Shown here: piece after piece, positions 32,816-44,031 of the stretch
How positions within the stretch are numbered: the first letter of the stretch is position 1
Layout: every line of letters begins with the position of its first letter
Source of the DNA: Macrostomum lignano
Lineage: Eukaryota
Length of the DNA stretch: 64,000 bases
NCBI GenBank assembly: GCA_002269645.1
Contig: NIVC01000471.1
Location: 1-64,000 of the forward strand
Direction: 5' to 3'
The notes under the pieces: model-generated
The model's input: only the letters and a program-made list of their open reading frames with translations
Database searches by the model: none
What the model was told of the DNA's origin: nothing
Made by a program: the position numbers and the translations under genes

Positions 32816-35800
32816 ACTACGTATCGTGCAGATAGTGGTTGATTTTCAGATGTTTTGACGCAAAAAACGCAAATTATACTACTGTCTGAAAATGAAGTAA
32901 GTAGTATATGAATACGCTATCCTAAGCGTGATATACATGCCAATATGTATTCGTATATGTGCATTAATCCTTGTACTCATATATGTACATTAATCCCTAT
33001 CTATCCCAAATTGTACATGTCTATCCCTAATTCTATATGTACGCAGTACATACTTCTACAATAATCTACATGTACAGTGTCATACATTAATCCCAAGACG
33101 GCCCACGCGCTCTGCGTATGAATCACCAAGATTACGTGTACAACTCGAAACCCTACTATATGTACAGTTGTGCGCAGAGGTGAGAATCGGTGTACAATCT
33201 CATCTAAATGAGTCAACTAATTGTACAGCTCACATCGTATATAAACTATTTAGAAAGAAGATATATTTACATTAAATCAGGAGCATTTTACAGGAAATAA
33301 TTTATGTACAACATTACCAGCAAATAGAATATAATAGAATATAGAATATAGAATAATTCAATAATTTTCTCTTCATAAATAATTTTAAACAGGTCTGACA
33401 CGCAAAATATGTACAATAGATTTTTACATTGGCAATACAAAAATGCTTTATGTACATCGACATGCAAATTACGTACAACAAATATACTCTGATAATTTTA
33501 ACAATACAAAAATGTTCATTGAATTTTCAGTCACAATTAGAATACATTATTTATAGCCATAAGGAACTGCTGCGGGCCCCGTACACGCGTTTCGTCAGGA
33601 CGCGCTGAAACGTCTTGTCCATACTGATCGTGTGTATGGTACAAGACGCCTTGTCGCACCTGAATTGAAACTGCGGCAGCTGCAGAGAGCCGCCGTGTAG
33701 CAGGGTGTTGCGCAAGTCATCGCTACGCTGCCGTATCTCTGGAGTCAGGCGGATGCCCTTGCATTTCAGGACCTGGCTGCGGACACCGGCCGCATCTTCA
33801 ACAATGTAAGTGTAGTGTTTTATGCCGCTCCAACTCGCGAGTGAACCACTCGGTCTCGTGGCGGATGTGGCTCAGAGGCTGCCGTTTGAGCGGGTGGACG
33901 ACATCCTGATCGGGCATACACTGCTCGCAGCCATGGTAGAAACAACCATGAAACTGCAAGACTGTTGCTGGCCTCATCAAAGCCGTCCACCTTGCGGCCG
34001 AGAATGACCGCCTCGCCGCCAGTCGAGTCGCAGGTGCGCAGCCGCCCGCAAAATTCGGTGGTATTCAAATAGGCCAGCCACTTGCGCGCCTTGAACGACT
34101 GCTGGTCGGCCTGCCGGGCAATCACGCCGACCGAGTTGGGCTCCATGAATTTAGTAGTAAATACGGCCATTGCTAAACTGGCAATCGTATTGGCCTGAAC
34201 AAACGGTTCCAGGCCGTCGCAAATGTCGCCAATTATCGCCCTGTACTTGATGCAGCCCTCGCGAAGCAGCACCGTGTCGCTCAAACAATAATCGAGATAT
34301 TCCCGATTAAAGTTGAACAACTCGCCCTGTCGCGAGGCCAGCCAAGCAGAGATGGAGTCGTAGTCATTGTTTGCCTTGCCGCCATAATATTCAATAGCCG
34401 GGTAAGGGCCAACGTAGTTCCAATTAGCCGGCTTGTTAAACTCGTGGGGAAAGGTCCCCTTGGCCAGCTTTGTGTCAGCGAGCCCCAGCGCTTTGGGGAA
34501 TTGCGCAAGCGGGAATGGTATAAAATTTAACGAATCTTTAAATACCAATTTATCCACCGTCATGCTCATTAGCCGGCTGCCCTGGAACAGTACTTGGGGC
34601 CGCTTCTTGGCCAGGCCGTTGAGCAGAGCTCCAAGCAGTAGAAACGAATCGTAGCCTGATGCATTTTGCGCGGCAACAATGGCGCCGCCTCGGAAAGTTG
34701 TGCTCAGCCAGGCGAAAAAAGCATTCAGCGAGGCCGGGCCCCCAGCCACAAAATCGGCCATTTGGCAGGCGCAGTTTGAGTGGCTGACGCAATTGGAGAA
34801 TTCCTCCCCCAGATCGCGGCCAGTCAGACAATTGGCTGTGCTATGCAGGCCATTGCAGAGGCGGCAAGTCTCGCGCGGAAACGCCCGGCCGGAACAGGTC
34901 TCGCAACACGTGACGGCAGTCACCAGATGCACGTGATGCTGCTTCTCCTCATCCGTGTACGTTACCGTATCGTAGAACACGTACGGCATATTTGAAGCTT
35001 TCACTTTGGGAGCCTTGACGAAGCACAAATGCGAGCCGGCCTCGTCGTACTGTTTACACAGTGGGAACTTGACATGCCCGCACTTGTGATCCGGCTCCTT
35101 TTGCCCGACTTTTAATTCCTCCAAATAGCCGCAATTAGCGCAGACACGGATGGAGCTGCAGCGCGAACGGCCGGCCCGGTTCTTCCTGCGGTGATTGTCA
35201 AAGCACTGCTGATTGTAGCACTTGAGGCCGCAGTCAGCGATGCGCTTAAAGTCGCACAGGCTTTTACAATTGGAGCCGGGCACTTTGCACTGATAACAGA
35301 GGTTGGCACACTTGTGCTCAGCGCAGAGATGCAATCGTACGGCTGCTGGCAGCTGTCACAGTGGCGGCGGGCTCCGAAAAATGGCGGCACTTTGCACACA
35401 GTGTTTAAGTGCTCGCCAATTAGGTGCACATTCAGCACTGTGCTGTCTGGTAGGGCATACACACATGTATTGCCCTCCTCGGCAGTATACACACGAACAC
35501 CGAAATCCCGGCCTGGCCACTGGGCGTTCAGGACAGCCAGCAGTTGGGGGAGCACGTCAACCCCGAAAGGCCCGGCCTGTGCAATGGTTGATTAAGACTA
35601 AAACATTTGTATATTAATAAAAATGCAAATTAAAATGTGCAAGAACATTATTACTCACCGAATACAATTTGGCAGCAATTTGTAGCTCCCCAGTCAGCTT
35701 CTTTTGCAGTGGGGAGTCGGCCTTGATGGTTTGCCACGTATTCTTAGTAATGGCCTTGGCCTGCAGATCCGCGTATGCCTTGGCCACCACAAGTGCCCGG

Positions 35801-37368
35801 ATTAAACAGCGCTTGTCGCGGTTAGCGATGACCACGTAGTTATACCCCATAGCATGCCTGGCCTGGATGTGTTTCTCCTTCACATCCAGGCTGCCGCAGC
35901 CGCCCCGCGGGACCCAGGCCTTGAGCAAAAACAATTTAAAGTTTTTGCCCAAGACACTGGAGTCTGATTGCAGAACCTTGTTTATATGTTTAAATATTAA
36001 CTCTGCAGTGAAGCGGCTGCGGCGGACGGGCGGGACATTGATAGCGAGCAACATGTCGTCGGCAGTCATCTTGGCCGAGACGAAATCATTGGCGTGTAGG
36101 TCAGCGCAGAGCGCAGAAATTATTTTTTCGAATGTGCTTCGAATATCGATAGTATCGGCGAAGAATACCACATATTCGTAGCCCTTGGCTTTAAATTTAG
36201 GCAGGGCTTTCGCCCCGCCAAGATGCGCATTGAAGCCTTAAAAAATGGAGGGTCTGAAATTAGAATTGCGAGAGGGGGCGGGTGAATGACTCATGAAATA
36301 AAATCAACTCCTTACCATCGCCTTCGACAGTGTCGGGCTGGGGCGGGGGTTGAAATTGAGCCAAATCTGCAATAAAAATGCGCATGGTGACTAAAATTCT
36401 GACCGCTTCGGATTTTAAAAACTGTCAAAAACTTAATTGATTGCCCTGCAGCAGCAGCAATTTTATAGCCCCAGGCCCAAGCAACAAAAATCGGCGAGTT
36501 GTAAAAACCCCAACTCGGCACGTTCCGACACGTAGCAACAAAAGAAATGTGGGGTTGATTGACCCCCGCTTCGAATTTTAGGCTGTCAAAAATGTTTGAC
36601 CCTTGATAACACAAATCCTGCCGCAGCAGAGATTGTAAAATTTAAGAAACCCCCCTATCAGCACGTGTCTCCATTGTGCCTCCTTGACACCTAGCAACAA
36701 TACCGCGCGGCCGCTAAAGCTGTCATAAATGCCTGATTAATAACCTTACCTGTAGCAGCCAAGTTTTATTGCTGCCAAAACCCCTACAATTGCAGCGGTG
36801 ATTACATCATCATGATAAAAAAATTTTGGGGTTGATTTTATCACTGCCACCTGCCCGCCCGCTGAGTCACGTTCGCGCGCGCGCGCTCGCCACAGAATTG
36901 CTGTTTTTGCTTCTCTAGTACAAGGATTAGTCATATAGCCCCCTGAAATTTTATGGCTATCCTCTACACACATTATTCGGCTATACTGCTGCTGCGGATA
37001 TTCTCTAAAACTCTGTTATTTCATTAGGCAATTGAGAAATCCGAAAACAGTTTCCTCCCTTTACTTCAACATCTATGGCAGGAGGAGGACAGCCTGACTT
37101 CAGAAATTTTAAGCCAAAATGAATGCTAAAGATGAAATGCAGCTGTGGTTTCAAAGAAAACCCATATTTCAACAAGCGTTAAGTTTGCAAATCACACAAA
37201 TGCTAAAGCTGAAAAGCGCAATTATACAGCCCTTTTTTCTGATTTTAGATTTTGCAAATGCTAAAGATAAAAAGCATAGTTTTACGCGCGCGCAGAGACT
37301 CACCTAGCTGTCATCCCCTCTTTGCGGCCGGAGGCTGATGCTGCTGCTGCTGCTGCTGCTGCTGCCTG
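32816..37368 (-). mobile_element. Polinton-like element copy C (inverted): PolB-side TIR plus pPolB exons 1 (partial) to 4, with the palm deleted
   Basis: TIR at 32816-33217. Exons 37304-37368, 36316-36366, 35659-36236 and 35576 onward. ExoIII YCLSDTVLL and VSR-like KVDG...QFHGCFYHGC. Deletion junction near 33815. Confidence 0.87.
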
Positions 37369-37708
37369 TACTCTGGATACATACTTCTACATGTGCATTA
37401 TTCCACCTCTACATGTACAGTGTCATACATTAATCCCAAGACGGCCCACGCGCGCTCTGTATATGAATCACCAAGATTACTTGTACAACTCGAAACCCTA
37501 CTACATGTACAGTTGTACAATCTCATCTACTACTGCCAAATGAGTCAACACCTAAGTTTACAAAGCACGTTATATGCACATAACCATTTGTTCAATTATT
37601 CAAAACCAAATGTACTTTTAGTAGAGTTACGAGTCAAGATTCGACTGAAAAAGATTGTATTCATATAGTATTCAAATTCACATTTGAAAAGTGTATATTT
37701 TTTCATTT
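37369..37708 (+). repeat. Remnant of dUTPase-side TIR and flank (probable left end of copy D)
   Basis: Paralogous to about 25700-25965. Interrupted by the TGTTACA LTR end at 37709. Confidence 0.75.
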
Positions 37709-38280
37709 TGTTACAGGGCTTGGTTAATCTATTAGAATCTCACTGATGTCACTAAAATCTGTTGTAGGGTGAGATTACTGACTCCTATTTTATCAAATTA
37801 TCACAAGGGATTTAATTGGGGAATAAAGAAAGATGCAAATTCTACTACTGACAGGAGTAAGCCTTAGGTTGCTCCTGGTGGCGTGGTGTGTCCGAGCGGC
37901 AAGACACTATATCTCTATTCAGTCCGAGTATTTAGAGGAGGGGGGAGTAAGGGCTTGATACTAAATTAGACTAAAGGCTACTAATGATACTATTTCTTAC
38001 TATTAACAACACTAAAAACATATTTTTATTTAGGCACGAAGATCTTTAATCGAATAGAAAAATAGTCGTAGTTATAAGGCAACATGCACAAGAATAATAG
38101 GCTAAGAATAACGGCTCTTTCAACTGGCCTTCCTGGCTTGAAAAATTGAATGAACGGTGAGTGAAAGTTTTCAAAAATAGAGCAATATTCGAACAATACA
38201 AAAAACAAAAGCGTAGATTATGGAAGCGAAAAATGCACCTAAATGTTTCACACCTGTAAAATGAATGTTTGTCGGTAATG

Positions 38281-39297
38281 TTACTGCAACATGTTAAACT
38301 CGCTTGGTAGCCGATGTTGGTGCGGCCAGCCGCACTCTTGGCCGAGCCAGCGAATTTCGAGGCCGAGGCTCTGTTCATTAAAACGACGAGGGCCACTGCG
38401 AAGGTCCGATAGCGCGTAATGCACAGCGCGCCTCCAGGCAGCAACTGCGTGCATGGGCTGCAGCTGGCGCAAATTTTTTAAAACCGGCCGCAGAGTCTCG
38501 CGCTGAGGGAATTCGCGCCCGTCTTGGAATCTACCAGCATGGATCAAATAAAGTTTGATAGCCGTAATCATGCGGCGGAAGTCGGCACGCTGGACTTCCG
38601 GCAAGCTCTCGATGGCTTGTGTAAAATTCGCGCATATCTCCTGTAGAGGCTGACTCTGCCTGACGAACCCGGCCATCAGAGGCGGTACACCAGAATCCAG
38701 CGGCTCCATTTTGATCGGCGGAGCGGGGCGGGGACGCGGCTGATTCATTGGCCTTACTCCGTAAGTCGGCGGCGGGGTTACTAGGGGTTTCGCAGGCGGC
38801 TGCTTCGGTGGGGAACGGGAGCGGGGTCGAGACTCCTGCTGTGGTGATGGACGGGGTCCAAGTCGCTTGCGGATGGACGGCGGCGGAGCTTCGGCCGTGG
38901 TCAAGACGATAGCCGACTTGGCGTTGGGGGGTTGGCGCTGAATGGCGGCTGGGGAGACGGCAACTGGTACGTCGGCGTGGCGCTTGAGCAGCTTAACTCG
39001 CTCTTCTTGGATAGATGGTGGGCGGACGTCTGGAGTGGATGACGGTGGGCGAGCGTCTGACGTAGGCGGTGGTGGACGAGCGTCTGAGGTGGACGGCGGC
39101 GGCGGACGGGTGACAACCGAAGCGATTCGGGGCTTTGGGCTGGGCTTACTTGGTCTCGTAGGCTGGCGCTCGGGGGCAGGCAAGTCGTCGTCTGATTCGT
39201 TGTCGAAGTCACTGTCGTTAGAATCGCTGAGACGGAGGTCGTCTTCGAGTTGTTTAAGACTCTCCTCAGAATACATGATCAGAGACTGATTACTCAA
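38281..39297 (-). CDS. G1 accessory ORF (338 aa; acidic and Pro-rich N-terminus, helical C-terminal domain), function unknown
   Basis: Long open frame between integrase and the 3' LTR, co-oriented with pol. Confidence 0.55.
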   Translation of the reverse strand: MSNQSLIMYSEESLKQLEDDLRLSDSNDSDFDNESDDDLPAPERQPTRPSKPSPKPRIASVVTRPPPPSTSDARPPPPTSDARPPSSTPDVRPPSIQEERVKLLKRHADVPVAVSPAAIQRQPPNAKSAIVLTTAEAPPPSIRKRLGPRPSPQQESRPRSRSPPKQPPAKPLVTPPPTYGVRPMNQPRPRPAPPIKMEPLDSGVPPLMAGFVRQSQPLQEICANFTQAIESLPEVQRADFRRMITAIKLYLIHAGRFQDGREFPQRETLRPVLKNLRQLQPMHAVAAWRRAVHYALSDLRSGPRRFNEQSLGLEIRWLGQECGWPHQHRLPSEFNMLQ

Positions 39298-41746
39298 TCA
39301 GTATAGGGTTTTTAAAAATCACTCGGATAGTAGAATTTTTTAAAAGTCGGGCTTGACAGTAGTAGAATGGAGCGGGTAGCGGGAAGCTTGTGATCTGATT
39401 GTGCAACGGGCTCAAATTTGCTTTTATTTACGAACTCTTGTTTACAGTTAGAGGGGATCCCTATGTTTTCGTAGCCCACCTCATTTTCTACGTTCTTTGG
39501 GCTCTAGTTTTTTTGTCGATCGATATTTTAAAGGGTTCTTTGTGCATAGCAGGGGTCTAGTCGAGGGCTTTCTTTGTCTAAAATTTGGGGTCTGTTGGGC
39601 GAATGGGGACGGCGAGGGAGGGGTAGGAAGGTGTAGACGGGCTAAAACTCTAAGTTGCGCAAGAGGTTTAGTGCTAATAGTAGTCTGTCTAGATGGCAGT
39701 TGCAACGCTGTTTATTTTGGGGTGGGGTCCTTAAATTGTAGGTGTGACGGCGCGGGGATTCGGGATCTCGCGGGGCAGGAGAGGGGGGTTGGGGCTCAGG
39801 GATTTCTTCGTTCGGGGCCTCACTCTCTGACTCATCGGTTGTTTCATTTTCTTCCTCTGTCTGGGCTTCATTCCATTCTTCTGACTGGGCTTCATTGTCT
39901 TCTCCTCCTACCTCTTCGTTCTCTGCTTCTCTAATTTGGCATTGCCAATTAATTCCTGCTTCATCGGATGATTTTTCAGATTCAACAGAGTTTAATTCTG
40001 GTGATTTCCGGCGGGGGTGGCCTTCCTTAATTGCAGGTTGTCTCTTAGGTTTAGTTGAGGCGGGGATTGGAGCGGGAGTGGGAATTGGACCGGGAGCGGG
40101 ATTAGGGGCGGAATCAGGGGCGGGGGCTGCAATATGGGCATCTCGCTGGCCTTCCTTAATGATTTGTTCTGCGGTTGAATTCGGGACTGGAGTTAAGTTA
40201 TCTCGATGCACAAGCATTTCTCTTTCTATTAGTTCTCCTTCTTCTTCCTTCTGGACTTTCAAAACTACGTCGGACAATTGTGCTAGAACTCTAAAGGCGG
40301 ATCTCTTCTTTCTATGGAATTTGTGGGATTCTTCGGCGTCTAATTGGGGATTGTTAATTAAAACAAGGCAACCTATGGGGACTCTCGGGGGGAGCTTATT
40401 GGTTTCTGCGGCGGTCTTTCTTTTGTCAACTATCTTTTCCAATTTCTTCTTGACTATTTTGTGCGCTTCTTCTAGTCTTTCAGCATGTTTAGTAATGTAG
40501 GCAGGATAGTCAGCATGTTCAGCTGCATTTCTAATTTGGGTATCTAAGGGTAGAGTAGCTTCTCTGCCGAATAATAGAAAATGTGGGGAGAATCCTGTTG
40601 TTACATTGGGGCTGGTGCGAACGGCTACTTAGGCTGCGGGAATTAGTAAGTCCCAATCACCGTGATCTTTATTGATCAAGCAGTGATAATTGATTTGACT
40701 TGCTTATTAAAGCGTTCCACTAATCCGTTAGATTGGGCATGGTATGGGGTAGTAAAGGTGTGGCGAATATTATAAAGTTCTCAGAAAGCTTTAAATTGTT
40801 TACTAGCGAAGGTTGTTCCATTGTCTGTGTGGATCCAGATGGGCTGTCCATATTCTGCTACTATTCGCTCGAGTAGTATCTTGATGACCGTATCTGATTT
40901 TTTATTTCTAATGGGAAAAGCGAACGGATATCGAGTGGTGCTATCTACAACTGTCAGAACGTATTTGTGACCTCGTTTGCTTTCTTTTGAGATTGGGCCG
41001 ATAATGTCTATGTGCAGGCGGCTGAAAGCTTCGCCAATGGGGAATGATTGGATAGGGGCTTGCACAAAGTGGCCTTTCTTACTCTCGAGACAGGGGATGC
41101 ACTCAGCAATCAACTGCTCATCTGAGGTACTCAATGCGGGTTGCCAAAATCTTTCTCTTATTCTCTGGAGCGTCTTATCTCTTCCTAGATGTCCTGCGAG
41201 GGGGCTGCAGTGTAAATCAATAAAGACTGCTTTGTCTAGGGATGGGGGCAAAACTACTTTGTTCTTTCCGTCTTCGGCAATTGTTAACAGATAATTATCG
41301 ATTTTCATGGCTTCGAAGTGTTTACTAATTTTCTCGGGCACGTCCGGTGATTCGGGGAGTTGGCTCAGTTTCTGTGATTTAGCTTCTAATAGAGCTCTAA
41401 TGATGGGATCAGCAGCTTGGGCTTCTTGAATCTGTTCTTTCTTCAGGGGGCTGGGGAGATAATCGGTTAACAGTTTCTCGCACTTTCCTGTCTCCTTTTC
41501 TACTTCTCTACCTGAGACATTCAGCATTGTCCTAGATTCGGGACATTCAGGCTGGGTCTCGCTTTCTGTCAGGGCTTTAGGTGACTGGGACATGGGGTTG
41601 TCCTTAGTTTCAGCGGGAGCACTCTCATCTCTCAGGGGAACAGGGGTCAACTTCTCGACTTTCTCAGGGATTGGCTCAGGGTTCTCAAAATTTTCTTTAG
41701 ATGCTTCAGGGGCTTCAGGGATCGCTTCAGCAGGCTCAGGGGCTGC

Positions 41747-42324
41747 TCAAATGTTTTAGAATAATGTGTTGCGGGGGTGTGCCCCTCTGACGATGACTAT
41801 GATCGTTGATGTTGCTGTTGAATCAAATAAGTCGGAGGTTCGATTTGTTTCTCTCGATCTCTAACCTTCAACAAGATGTTTATTACTAATCAATGTTAGT
41901 AGCAATTCCTAATAGGATATTGATCACGCAATTACGCAAATTTGTTAAGCAATTCAGTGAAAATGGAGCCACAGGCTACTTATCGATATTGTTGCACGAA
42001 TTGACGTTTGTCCGGATTTATCTCTGTTAAATCGGGATATTAGAGTTCAGGCCCGATTGTTGGGGCAAGCTAGCGGAGCAGTTGAGGAGGCAAAGAGGCG
42101 GAGAGCCGAGAACCGGGAAAAAACTGGAGAGAGGCTTCATTCTCACTGAACGCTAGTATATATATGATTTCTATAACGCATTTCATTGGTGTTCGCTTCA
42201 CGCAATAGGATCTTTACTGGTGCACAAGCATGTGCTGTACTTTCCTGATAGAAAAACCTTCTGAAGTTCGCATTAGATTAAAAAATAACATTGGGCATAA
42301 CATGCTTAAATTAAGATCACTTCA
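41747..42324 (-). repeat. G2 3' LTR
   Basis: Direct repeat of 54534-55111. Sense-strand ends are TGAAG...TTTGA. Confidence 0.95.
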
Positions 42325-44031
42325 TTGCCCTTATTTCACAAAGCGAAGGCCCACCGAGCGGCATAAGCAAAAGAAAACAGGTGTTGGATTATTAGTGAAG
42401 TTGTAACTAATGCTACTTGTATACGAGGCGCAAGGTGTAGGCTAGAGAAAGTGGATAAAGTGGTGAGTAAAATGGTGAAAATAAGCATAGAGCATGGCTT
42501 AGGAAAGGGTATTAAATATTAGAGTAAAGCTGTTGAAACCAAAGTTAAATGAACAGAGGAATAGCAAGGAGGATAAAATAAGTTTCAAAAGTGGCTTATT
42601 AAAGGGTTTGCTAAAACAGACAAAGACAGATAAAACAGAGAATTTTCAGATGGACGAAAATAGGCAACAAGTAAAGTTAGAGGTATAAATAAAATTGAGT
42701 AAAGGACAGTCAAACGAAATTGAGATTATTAAAGAAACGACTGGGACGCAAGGTGAAAAAGAAAGCTATTTTTAATCAAGGGTGTAGAATGTACATTGTA
42801 CGTGGGGTCGAAGAGATTATTGGCTTGGGGTGGGTGTTCGTAGAGCGCGTGAGTGTACACTGAAGCTAAGTCAAAGGAAAGGATGGAGTCGCGTGGTATA
42901 AATAAGATAAAAACGATAGGGAGGGAATTTTCTAGTTCAGGTTTTGTCCGCAATTGTTTTTAAGTTTCGATATAGCTCGTTTTTCATTCAAGTTAGATTA
43001 GTCAATGGCTGGTCTGTCTTTGGGAAGAGAGCAAATTACAGAGATCGCGGCTGGTATTCTCCAGGGGCGGCACGCGTACTTCATTTCCATCAGCGCGGTC
43101 GTCGCCATCATGCTGCTGCTGCTGTTACTGCTAGTGGCGGCGTTTGTAGCCTGCTGTTGTTGCTGCAAGTGTTGTTGCTGCTTTGGCGGCTGCAGCCGCT
43201 GTTGTCGCGCACCATTGCGGCCCGCTGCAACTGCCCGTGTCCAGGAGACTGCGGTGTAACTGCACAGTTGGTCTGCCAAGTCTTCTGCGTCCTTTGGGCG
43301 CCAACGTCAAAACGGCCTTTTTCAAGGCCACCACGTGTCAGATAGTGCTGTTCGTCTTAGTTTTGTTGCAGCCAGTAGGGTTTCTGTAGTCAGGCCGGTG
43401 TCGTAGTTCGTAGTTAGCCGTAGTTGTCGGTAGCAGGCATGTATTCTGTTAATTCGGAGCATAGCAGGTTGTTTCCAAGTAGTAGATAGGGCTGGGCAGT
43501 GGGCCGGGTTGGTGTTGAACAGAGTCGAAGCTGAATTTCGGTCAGGGCAGCGTGTAGAGCCGGATTGCAGTGTAGAGCGGGACGGCTGTGTAGATCCGGG
43601 TAACGCGTGGTCTTACAAAAGACCGAATAGGGATTATGAGGTGACGAAAGAAAAGATCATTGAATTCACGTGGGTGAGCAAAAGTAGAGAAAATGGTTCT
43701 GATAATTTTTCAAGGGTGAGTGATAGTAATTAAAGGTAAGCAAATAAAATATAGGGCTAAAGCGTTTGACGACAACAGAATAAAACAATAATTTTGATAA
43801 GAGTGTTGAGAACTGACATTTCTACTGTGAGTAGCAAAAGAGTAGCGTATTGTCAAGGAAATTATCTAACGAAGATAGATAAGTTGAAGCGGAAAATGAT
43901 AAATTGCGATTTAAGAGGAAGAAAGATAAAATATATAATTATAAAACTAATAGAAATAATATAAACGAATATAATTTTCAAAACGTATCGATAATCAACT
44001 GTCCATCGATAATCAACTGCCGCGTATTGAT

